Source: Balanoglossus misakiensis (taxonomy: Eukaryota > Animalia > Hemichordata). Taken from it: DNA of 64,000 nt. The translations under genes were made by a program, and so were the position numbers. A model generated the notes under the pieces. That model had not been told where the DNA came from and did not search any database. It saw only the letters and a list, made by a program, of their open reading frames with translations. The stretch spans positions 7,053,519 through 7,117,518 of the forward strand of contig CM082578.2 in assembly GCA_040954595.2 (NCBI GenBank), given 5' to 3'. Every line of letters starts with the position of its first letter. Position 1 is the first letter of the stretch. Shown here in pieces: positions 25,401 to 37,042 of this stretch.

Positions 25401-27324
25401 TTCAATGTCAGTGTTACTGTAAATTTTGATGAATAAAACCTGTACCGGTATGTACCGGTATGTACTAGAAATTAATGGGTTGTCCTTCACACAACAAGAC
25501 TTAGAGAAAATGGAAGTTTGTTCAAAACTTTCATGATCTTTTCCTTCTTTACAGACACCAACACCATGAATTGAGTGAATCGCTTATGATTGAAACTTCC
25601 TCTGATCCATCCAATCCAAAGGTGAGCATTAAGAAAAACAACTACCTATTTTCAAGGCGGTACCATTTAGTGATGTGTTGTACTATGTATCAGCCAAGGA
25701 TGGGCAAATCCATTTTGCATGTGATGGTTGAAGGACCAAGTCCCGAAATAAATTTACATATGATCTTGCATTACTATGTGATGTCCTGGTTTTTGTCAGT
25801 TTTCCAGTATATTCCCCAGTTATCCACTATCATCAAAACAAGTGAAGTTCTTGGTTGTCCCTGACTGGATTTTCTCATCTCTGTTTCAGTGTTTGTAAGT
25901 TTAAAGTATACCCACCTTGATTAGGGTTTAACATGCCTTAAAATTCTATATTACAGATTGCAGCTCTATCTACCCTCATCCAACCAAACGCGATCAAGCC
26001 ACACCTGTTCCGCAATTACAATGTGCCGGATGGTGTCAATTCCCACTATGCCGGATCCTGCCAGTACAAACTTTGGGAGGCACTCCGAGCATCCACAGCT
26101 GCCCCCATGTACTTTGAGGAGTGTAGACTAGGTGGCTCGGTGCACCAGGTAAATGACTGCGAAATGTGTCATGTTTCATTTCAGTGTGAAAAATAAATCC
26201 AAGCATCGTTGAACCCCTCAGAGCAAACTATTTATTGTATCTAATGGTCTGGGTTTGAAAATCAGGAGTTGAGGAAGAGATAGACAGGTTCTGGAGACTT
26301 TCAAAAGAAAACTGAAAACTCACATGTTCAAAAGAGCATACAGTGTGGTTTAACCATTAGCGTCATTGGGCAAAATTTCTTGTTTAGGATTTTGGCGCTA
26401 TATAAACTTTTTGTTGATTGATTGATTGATTGATTGGTTCTCGGAGAATGAGAATGAATATCTCTTTGGTAACTTGATTTATACATTTCCTCCTCCTAGC
26501 ATAGGCATTCACATATTTTTCTGTATGTCTCCCTCTACAGGATGGAGGGCTACTCTGCAACAACCCCACTTCCATTGCAATACATGAGTGTAAGCTACTC
26601 TGGCCTGACACACCCATCCAGTGCATAGTGTCCCTAGGCACTGGCAGATATGTCCCCGAAGCCAACCCATCAATCGACAGCAACAACATCAGTAGCAGTC
26701 TGAAAGACAAACTACTCCACCTCGTCATGAGCGCTACTGACACAGAAAGTAAGTTAATCAATTGGTGTAAATGTTAGTTTCACGTACATGTTGAATTTGT
26801 GATGTAAAAAGAATTTTAAAAGAAAAGTGTGGTATGAGCTATTATCATATCAATAATACATGTCATTGAATATGCAAGTGGTCATGTATAGGCAATCAAC
26901 ATCTGAGAAAACAAATATGAGAAAAAGAATATTGAGCTGATTTACACATGAAATTTCTCTCAGTTTCCTCTTGGCCTTATAATTATGAGCATGCAAACAT
27001 ACATTAGTTTAGGAATGATTCTACGTATCTATGTTTAAAGCATTTAAGTTCTCTCTGTGTTTCATTGCAGTGGTTCACAAGATGCTCTCAGACTGCATGG
27101 TGCCTGGCACCTACTATCGCTTCAACCCGTACTTGAGCGAAGACATCACCCTGGACGAGAACAGAGTGGAGAAAATTGAAACTTTGCAGCAAGATGCACG
27201 CAGGTACCTGCGGAGGAATTCTTTGAAGATCAACGAAACCGTGAGGAAGCTGAATGAGAGAAAGAATTTGTACCACCGCTGCAGGGACTGGGCTGAAATG
27301 CAGAAAATCATCCGCTACAAATGA
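22425..27324 (+). CDS. PNPLA8: Calcium-independent phospholipase A2-gamma (patatin-like phospholipase domain-containing 8), ~829 aa, 7 coding exons
   Basis: Exons 22425-23774, 24005-24156, 24704-24970, 25555-25621, 25957-26148, 26541-26748, 27071-27324; 2490 nt in frame. Motifs ALALLGHATPVKGRGVKILTIDGGGARG, FDYICGVSSG (catalytic Ser), FRNY, LWEALRASTAAPMYF, HQDGGLLCNNP (catalytic Asp), CIVSLGTG, YYRFNP...LDE. Confidence 0.93.
24447..24637. mobile_element. Tc1/mariner-type MITE in a PNPLA8 intron
   Basis: TA|CTGTAAAACACTTTATTT ... AAATAAAGTGTTTTACAG|TA; internal repeated (T)CGCGAAA/CGTGAAAAT motifs. Confidence 0.8.
25119..25269. mobile_element. Degenerate MITE related to the 1559-1729 family
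   Basis: Contains AGAGGTGTCC and a terminal AGACAGGTTTTATTGTA resembling AGACAGGTTTCACTGTA; left end is eroded. Confidence 0.4.
26415..26435. repeat. (GATT)n tetranucleotide microsatellite
   Basis: gattgattgattgattgatt seen directly. Confidence 0.75.
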
Positions 27325-30158
27325 ATGAATGACTTTTTTTTAGGCGGGCTTGTTGTGAGGCTGGCCGCTGGAGATTCTTTGAAATCTCATCACTTGTCAA
27401 AGACATCCCGCATTTCAAACTAACGTTAAAAGATGGAGAGTTCGGATCTCTTTCTGATGTGGACCAATGTGATGTACCTACCTGTGTCTTCAGGCTTTAT
27501 ACTGAGTGATTCAGGTCCTACCTGTAAAGACATCGGAAAATCAAGAAATCCGAAAATTCAGTCACAGAAGCAGGAAAGTCTCAGGGTACCCAGGCTGATA
27601 AAAATCAAATGTGATATTGTCTCTGTTGAGTACACTGTCATCCAAGAAAATGACTTTAAATAATACCTTATTTCAATAGTTTGCCATGGTGTGAAGGACC
27701 ATACCACTTGAACCAAGGGGTGATAGGTCGTACCACTTGGACCAAGGTATGTGTGTAAATCGGATAGCCATGGTAAATGTGTGCTACACTGATACAAACC
27801 AAAAATATGTTTTCATATTTTATTTCAAGTGTATGTGTAATCTCTCTGCCAACAACATGAATGGTATTGTACAAGTTCATAAATTTCATAAATCCATATT
27901 TTGGATTCCTGTCAGATCAGGAATCTCATAACGGGCCAGTGTTTATATTAAGAAAAACTTGCCACAAACTCAAAACTTTTTCATGCTGCAATTGCGACTG
28001 AGGTGATATCCATGGAAACATTTATCTACATCACTACCTTACTTACCATGATAAATGCTGCATTTAGATGCATTATGATACATTGTATATGATATGTTTT
28101 CTCCTCTTAATTTCAAGATCAGTGAAAAGTAGCTAACCAACTTAATGGCAAAGATGAAACTTTGCACACAAAATGATTGAGAAATAGTTGATAATTACTG
28201 AGATAGCTTGACGACTGTCAAGTGGTTTTTGCATGGTGCTTTTTTTCAGTAAAAATTATGCATTAGCCAAATTGTATAGTATAGAAAATACTAGTGGGAA
28301 AAAATCACTTAATGCATAGAGGTAATAAGATTTTGAAAAAAAGTCCACAATCATGATAAAATTATCATTTGACATTTTCATGTGGACATGTCTATTGAGA
28401 TTTTATAATGTGCAATTTATGTTATAAGGGTATTATACAGAGAAATGCCTATTCACATCAAATCCTAGCTTATCTGGATTTATTGTCTTTTTGTGACATT
28501 GTCCATATAGACGGCCCCTCCAGACGATATGTGAAAACAAATCTGTAAAAGTTGGGACACCATCCCATCTCTGCCAGCCAAATTATATTATTAATTTGGA
28601 CCCCCCCACCCTCAGGTTGATAGCTTTGCCTAAGCAAGTTATGTGATGCAATGAACTCAAATTGTGTAGTTTGATAAGACTTTGGATGGTTCAGGATTTT
28701 TACTTTGAGTGACTTCAGTCGTAAAAAGCTTATGACATAATCAAACTCACTCTCTGTACAGTAACAAAGCATTATAATAGTAATATTGTTTTAAGACTTG
28801 TAGTATCACTGATCAGTTGATTGCAGCTGACTTTTTTCGGCTTACTTTTATTGATAAATTTGCTGCGTTATTTTTCTTTGCATTCTATAAATGCATACAA
28901 AGCACGCACAAAACTCATTTAAAATGGAGCTGCTTGTTGTACAAATATTTAGCTGTTCATGTATTTTATTTTATTTAATTACTCTCTGTAAATATTAATT
29001 CTTTTCATTATACTGAGTGAAATAGTTTCAATCAAGATTTCCGATAACTTGCAGTAGAACAGGATTACCGGTAATGCAAAGAGTTCTTTTCAACTTTAAC
29101 TCTAACTTTTTTCAGACGTTTGTTGAAGACAAATATGTCTTGCCTTGAAATAAATGGCAAAATTGTAATTTCATCACCCGTTTGAGAGTTTGAAAGTTTC
29201 AAATTTAAGCTCTCTTTGAGATTGCAGCAGCGCAATACCTTGGTATGTACCAAAAATATAATAAAGTGAAAAGTTATTATTTTAAGCCTCGGTCTTTGGT
29301 GTCTATTGTCACGTGATTAATGAGTTGTTGGAAGTCACAGAATACTTGTGGGTGTAGGTGTTGGTGTATAAGGTCAATTGGCCGTAATGAATCACGGTCA
29401 CGGTGACTGGGCAACGCGGTCACTGACCGTGACTCATGCCCTTGCCATTGCACTTTTGACTGTGTCGTCTTTGGGTGAATCATGAACGCAGAGAGCATTG
29501 AACATCGCCCTCATCGGCGGCGATGAACCGAAACAATGAAGGGCGGTCCCTTTGTTTTTTCATGGAAAGAGATTGACAGGTGTTTGTGTTTGACCTTCGT
29601 CAACCTGCTGTATTTCATTGTGATCTGTTACGGCCTTCGTATATCGATCACGTTTACATGTAAACAAATCATGAACATCATAGAAATGTATATGTGCACA
29701 CTATACTAAGTCCGACCATGATACTTGGGTATCAGTTACTACATCAATTCATTGAGTGACCATGATCTCGGTCTAGTTTACCTTGGTCATGTCCAGTGCT
29801 CTCTTTCTGCATGGCCACAAATACGTGTATGCAGTTCTAGATTTTTGTGTTTCAATAAACCCATGTGAATGTATTAAACTTGAATATCAAAATGACTGGA
29901 AACCAAAGCACTTGTATAACAATATAATCCAATGTTTTAATTAATTTCGTATTTTGTCCAAGGTTTTTTCCCCAATTTACTTGTTTACACAGGGAATGGG
30001 CGAATCGAAATTCTTATAACTGCTCTGTCGTTATCAGTAATTTCGGACCGGAACAAATTATAAATAACTTCTTGACCAATGACGCTTGTATAAGTATAGT
30101 TTCAAGTAGGCCCTATGCAAACTAATGAAAGAAGACAAATTCGTGACTTTATCTTTAA

Positions 30159-31038
30159 AGGTCCATTAGCTGTAACTGCAAAGCAATGTTTAGCCTACAT
30201 TTTTTTTTTATCAAACCAGTAAAAGTTTATTTAATACATTCAGCTTCCTTGTACATGTTAACAAAATACCAAACAGGGCAGGTGACGTGAACGTAGGAGT
30301 GCAAGTACCATAAACCTTACTATATAGTGTCGTCAAGTATGAGTGTTAGACAAACAAGACAATTCTCGACAACTTGATTTCAGTTTCGTGTTGACGTCCA
30401 CTGCAAGTTTTTTTCCGTTAACACATAGTGACAAGGTGCAACGAGAGTCACTTTCGTTTTTCAAAGATCACAAAAGTCGTGAATCGCAGATATCTGGAGT
30501 CCGCATGACGATAATCACCACAAAAGTTTCTTCTGTTGGTTGGGAAAATGAGAGAATTAATTATTTTTGCGTGTTGGTTGTGATCTTCCAGTTTTTCCTT
30601 TGTGCACGTCGTTTGCGCTTGCTTTCGTTTCATATCTATTAGGCCTATCTTTTCCTTTATTTTTACTGTGATATTAGTTGATTAATGTAGCGTGTTTTTT
30701 CATGGACAAGTCTGAAATACGTGCGAAAGTGTTTAGAATTCCCTGCAAAATTGAAGTCATGTTTCAACCATGTGGTCTCTCTATACAGTGTGCCGTGTTT
30801 ACACTAAAGAAGGAAATAGTTGGCTGAGGCTAGAGTCTCGAGGAAGTCATCGCTTATAACAGACGTCAGTATATAAAGACCGGATTTTACAGTCGGCCAA
30901 TGTTCGGTTTCGTTTTCACTGAAACAGCAACAGTTAAAGTTGTCAGACAAAAGTTATTTCTCGGTTTTTCCAGCGTTATCCCCACCCCGAAATTGAACAT
31001 ACAACAAGCCCCATAAAAGAAGTGCAGTTATGGTGGTA
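30159..31038. mobile_element. Possible older Kolobok-like non-autonomous element
   Basis: TTAA|AGGTCCATTAGCTG at left and an imperfect inverted CAGTTATGGTGGTA|TTAA at right; interior is CpG-richer than its flanks. TIR match is only partial. Confidence 0.3.
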
Positions 31039-31369
31039 TTAAAAACTTCTTTAAAACAAATGATGGATATATTTGGTTCCTTTGCAAATGATCTACACCA
31101 ATTGACACCCCCAGCAAAAGTTTTATCTGTGATAATTATCTTTTATCTGTGACACCCCGCCCAAAGTTTCACTTTTATCTGATAAAAAATGGGGGGGGGG
31201 GGGAGAACCCCTGCCCACTATTTATCCGATACTGACTTTTGGATCATGATGTCCATAAAGCATTCATGTTTATACTACACGGACGAAATTAAAATCGCTT
31301 TTATAATAGATTTAGTATACTATATTTGATTGTACGGGTTTCATCGAACGGCAGTCGCTCCCACAACGG

Positions 31370-31547
31370 TGAATATGCAAAATACTGCAGCTACATCATC
31401 TGCATGTGCCCGCCTACATTATTTGAATCCAATGACGTCATTGTTTGGAGGGAGCGTCTGTGCCACTTGATTGGATTACCTCCGCTGTAGTAGAGGAAAA
31501 GGCGACGGATCCTCCGATTTTCTGCCGTTTGTGTCTTCGTTATTTAG
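31370..31547 (+). promoter_or_regulatory. Putative promoter and non-coding first exon of an unidentified downstream gene
   Basis: CCAATGACGTCA (CCAAT overlapping a perfect CRE palindrome at 31433-31440), CpG-rich context to ~32350, strong donor TAG|gtaagt at 31547/31548. Confidence 0.55.
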
Positions 31548-34500
31548 GTAAGTCTGGCAATCAGTCGGAAGCTGTAGAATGGCCATTTTCTTGGCTTTGT
31601 AATGGTGCCAAAATTTCTTGTATCAGGGCGACGGTTGAATTTCTATCATATTTGGAATATCACCACGGCCTGGCCGCTCAGCGATCGTAGATGTATGGGT
31701 GGGATGGCCGCAGACATTTTCATGGCGGTCTACTCGAATGCATTACCTATGTGTCTGGATTCATGTTTTCACGTGCGGTTTATCTCTGGGCGATAGGTCA
31801 GACCAGGGTATCTGTCTGAAGTCATATGGCCGGTGGCCACATGACACACGAACCCTGTACTGACTTCGACTCGCATCTGTCGTGTCGCCCCGTACATTAC
31901 ATCTGCACGTAACTCATCAAGGTGGACACCGTGGAATCAGAGGATAAAAGTGGGAGGCCGCGTTCGGGGAGCGAATTATATCACACGCTCTTATACTTTT
32001 CGTATAGTTGAATATGTTTCATTTCATGTCTGTAGACAATTAGTTATTTTGTGCACGAACATTACGATCCATGGTTTCCACTCAAGAATGTGTGATTTTC
32101 GGCGAAGGAAAGATACATGTACATCCAGGTTTCATGTAAGTTACCGCCAGGTGACCTCAGACAACCTGTGTGTGAATGATGACATGCACGTTTTTTGTAA
32201 ATTCAGTTGGACTGACAGGCTTCTGAGAATAGACTACGGTCATAAATCCGTCAACCCAAATACGTTTGCCGCCGCGACGTTATAGTTTATACTACGGGGA
32301 AAATGTTTTTGGGGTGGTGCCTTTTCCTTCAAACATTCAACGGCCGCAGCTGTTGTACTTGTCTTTTTTATCACAGGGACATGACCGTACATACATATTG
32401 TGAGGCAAAGTGCTTAGCACAATAATTCGATGACCTCGACCACAATGCAGTGGATCGTATCCGAATCAAGTTGAGGACACATTCATTGTTTTGAGGTGGA
32501 CTGGTTTGAATATGTGCTAAATGATACAACACATTTTAATACTACCTGTCATTGTGTAATGTGTCAATTGGAATATTTTACAACCAATTTGCAGGTCTAG
32601 TTCCTATGCCAATGTTACTGTTAGTACCTATCATAATCCAATGATGTGAACTGTTAAACTATTTCACCAAGGACTTTTTTCAAAAGTAATTTGTAAAAAA
32701 CATTGTGTCATCGGTGCAAATGCTTAGCGCTACACTTTATTCAGTAAAAATTTTGACATATGACCATTTACTGACCATCGCAAATTTTACGTTTTGTAGT
32801 GTTTTTCTGATCTGTATTTTTGGTTTGGAGTTTTGGACTGTAGTGGTTAGCTGAGCTGATGTCTAAAAGTCCATGACATTGAAAAGGAATTTGGATTTCA
32901 CATATTTTGGAGATGTCTCTACTGCTTACTATTTGAACTTGAATCTTAATTGCAGGATGTGATGTCATCAGTGACAGTTTACTGTGTTATTTGTGAATGA
33001 GTAATTAACCACAGGGATTACTCAGGGTGATGGCAAAGCCACTGCCATTTCAAGATTGATGTTCTGGGGCGGGAAAGGGCTCAAAATGGCTCCCATTCAA
33101 AGATAATAAATAATCTTGAAATGTTTATAGTATCATGTACAATCCAAATACAACCGTGTACAGTTGGTGTGGCTGCTTATTCTGATGATGGACTGAATTT
33201 TATCATCCTGATCAATCATGGAAAACTCTAACTTGGCTCAAGTACTTGTTATTCTTAAGTTGTATTTAATATTTTTTCCCGACTTATGCCTTTATTTTCA
33301 ATTTCAAGTACTGTAGGCATATGTAGCCTTTGTGGAAACTTTTAAAATTCTTGTCAAGCCAATATGGTTTTGATATACCTAATAGTAGTGAATGTAGCTT
33401 TGATATAAACTGGTGTCAAGTTTTGTGAATTTCAATTTAGTGCATGCTGTTCAGTGTGCAAAAACAACCGCTGACCTGTTCAGAATTGGTGGGTTTGTAA
33501 GGTGGGCTTTTGTGGTTTTTGAATTGGAAGCTAGGTGTGTTGTTGTGGTGAACGGGGAAAGGTTCAGAGACAGCTGTATATTGGTAATCGTAAAGGAAGG
33601 GAGGGATTTGAACAAAAGGTGTTCTGTGTTTTCACCAAATAGCGTGCAGGTTTTTATGAATGGCCCTGTAGGCTTCTTTTATCCGATTGGTTCATTTCCC
33701 CCCAAAGTGGTCTGGTTGCCCAAATATGGGTATGGGTGCTCTCAGGTCTGAGCTGGCCTTTTAATTTGCCGACTGTATATATAATAAAAGTGGTTTACTG
33801 TCCCAGAGAGCTGTTAAGGATATTGATTATGTCATTAAAGACTAAGAGCTTTCTTCTTGTACCCAGATGAACTTTTGAAGTTTTGGTTCATCTTGGCCCA
33901 ATAAAATGAAGTTACGAATCTCCGCGATAGTGCATTGAAGGACGGCTTGAACGTTAAAATGTTTTTCTGTTGGCAGCGGATGTAGTGTGTGTCTTGTTCT
34001 TTGTTGTGCAGTCCGTCAATTATTTGGTGAAGGAGGTTGGGTAATGTAAAACAGAAGATGGAATGTCTACATTGTTGTCTGCAGTCGAGTCTGACCAGAC
34101 TTGGGTTTTCAAATTGTAATCACCGTATGTTATTGTACGCCGTGGGTTCGCTGTTTATCTACATTTGAATGTAGCTTTATGTTGTCCTTGCATGAGATCA
34201 TTGCTATGCACTTAACTGATTGTCCAATGGGAGCTTGTCGGGGGGATTTAACATTTAACATCTTGGCGTCCCCCCTTCTGCTGCATGAATTTATGATGAA
34301 AGTTCTTTGTCTGCCTGACTGACCCCAAATTGTACAACTCGGTAAATGATTAAATGGGGACAGTCCGAACATGCTGTTTGGAGCACCTCTACTGGAAAAA
34401 GGGAACAATTATATTTAATTGACGAATGAACTCTGTATTGCTTACAGGTATTTTTGAACTCTGCTAATGAACCTTTGAGTTTTAGTGCAGAATAGACATA

Positions 34501-36957
34501 CAGGGGTTATTTTCTGCCTAACTGTACCAGTATATATGTTTACGGCAATTTGATTTCACTGAGTAGTTGGTTCCATGAGTGGTCCTGAGTTGAATGAACT
34601 GACCTTATATTTGTGGTACCTGTATTATTCTGACCACATTTACCTGTCTGCGATGGGTTTTTAATGGCCGGTAGTCACATAGACAGTACTCGCTTTGATA
34701 TTCATCCCCTGACCTTTGAAATATAACCTTAAAAGTGCAAACAACATCAGAGGTGATCCGTTTATTTTTAACATCCCGAACGCCCAGACAGGATGAATCA
34801 GGTTGGAAGCCTCTCAATTGCTTTAAGGATTTGTTCTGATTGAGATCAAATTGCATGGCATGGAATTTTCAAGCATGGAAACTACATATTTTGGCGGGTG
34901 CCTGGTGTTCATTTCCTTGATTTTTGAACTGTAACTATTTTCATCAGTGATTGTAATTTGTGAAAACAAAAGAAATTCACTATATGGCATAAACTTTGTT
35001 TTGTTGAGTTGGTGTTGATAATGATCAGGATGTTGGATAAAACTGTTGGCAGTGGTGAAATGTTTAGTCGTGTACCCTTTTGATGTCATTTTAATTAGGT
35101 TTCAGGTTTCCTGATGGCTGTACAGATAGACGGGGCAAGTTCTTGAACTTTGGTTGGGGTTAAGATAATGGAGAGAATGATGTACAGCTCGAAAGGGCCA
35201 AGTCTCCCATGTGCGATTTTCGCTTAACTTGTGTCAGATGGGGTTCTGTTTCAAACAATCTTGGATGGGTACTCCGCCCTGGTCTTTTGGAAAACTCCAG
35301 CTGATGATAATTTGTGGTGGCCAGTTTTGTAAACAGGGGGGCGCTGGTGTTTATGTGTGACCCTGTCTTGGATTACTTGCATGTGAAAGATCAGTGGAGA
35401 ATAGGCCCAACAAAGGACAAGGTCAGGGGAGAGAAAATGCTGACTATTGTTGCGGGAGCCCAAGGTTGATGGGAAAGCACTTGGAGAAGTATGCAATGAA
35501 TGAGCTTAAAGTGGCAAAGTCCAGTCAAAGGCTAGAAATAGAATGGCCTTTTTCACACTCATGGGAACAGGGAGGGCACAGCCGTTTGATAAGGCACCCC
35601 GATTTCTTTGTTTAGTTTAATGGTAGCAATGACAGGCACCGTTTTAGAGAGGGCGAGCTCTTGAACGCTGTGGCTGATACGATTGAAGATTTGCCTTGGG
35701 CTTGAGTGTGGGAAATGTCGGGGGTGATACCAACTTCCTACAATGGCCAGAGTCCAGTCATCGAAGATCCTTTGGTCGTTTTGTCCGTTGCTTCAATCTT
35801 GTTTGAAGGAACAAAACAAGTTGTAAAAAACGACATAAAAACGATTGAGTGTATGTGCGCCCACATCCTGGGATGGTGTCATCCTTATAAAAGTCCGCCA
35901 ATGACTTGTGACTTAGCAATGCAGCTTAAATTAATTCATTTCAAATAACATAGAAATGCATCAGCAGACTAGTCACTACTGACCAAGATAAAAAAAAGGT
36001 ATCCTCTACATTCTTCACAAAACCAGTTCATACCTGTAGCTGGAAAAGATACCTGGCAGACACTAAAAAAATCATTCACGTTTGATTTAATAATCTTTGG
36101 CATCTCACTTGTCTCTCATCACCCTTATCATCATCAACCACAGGAAAGTGCAAGTCCAGCCCAGTGTGTGGAAGAAAATAGGGATTATATGTGAACTTTA
36201 TCACTATAAATTCCTGGAAAAAAAACATTGTCAAGTGGACTAATCGCTGCATTGGAATTTCGCAAATAAGCCCCCTTTCTGGTGTTGGAAATCTGGACAG
36301 AGTATAAACATTTGCTGATCGTACAAAGCGCAAAGGTAAATACCCTTGTTGTCAGACTTGTTAATGGATAACAATTTAAGTGCACACTTGTTTAACATAT
36401 TACTGGTCGCTCATACCATACTAGGCAAACAATTTGCATATTAAGATGAGATTATATATTTTTGAAATGTCAGAGCAAGAGATGTTCTTCATAAAAACAA
36501 GCATTTTTAGTGACCAATGTGGAGTTCTGTGCGGTGAGTGCGTTACAGAAGAATCTGAGCAATAACTGTGAAAAATGTAGAAATTTATTTCGAAACCCTA
36601 CCCATCCTAAAAAATGTCATATATGGATGCCATGTCTATGTCAAGGATATTTGTGACATTCCGGTAGTATTTTTGTGCGCTGTAATGTTTAAATTGTGCA
36701 CATGTGTAAAATTCATCTGTGACCTGGTCATGGCTAAAATGATGATCCCCTCATTCTGTTGGGGGTAGGTTTGGTCTCTGTCCACACTTGCACCCTTGTA
36801 TGTTGTTGTACGTTAGATTCTGACTCATGGATGGTGAAATTTACAGACTGTCAGTATAGTCACTATGCTCAGGTCTGTGTTATCTGTTTGCCCCAAAACA
36901 ACAGCGAGAGCTCAACTAGGCCGACACACTCATACTACAATTTCACACAAGCTTTAA

Positions 36958-37042
36958 CCCTTCCACCCCCATTTCCCTGTATAGAGGTCCAACTTCATCA
37001 TTGAAAACGATGGGTTTGGACCAAACCATGGTGGTGAAAGGG
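36958..37042 (-). mobile_element. piggyBac-like MITE, copy in reverse orientation
   Basis: TTAA|CCCTTCCACCCCCA ... GGTGAAAGGG|TGAA; reverse complement aligns to the 13338 and 14240 copies. Confidence 0.75.
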
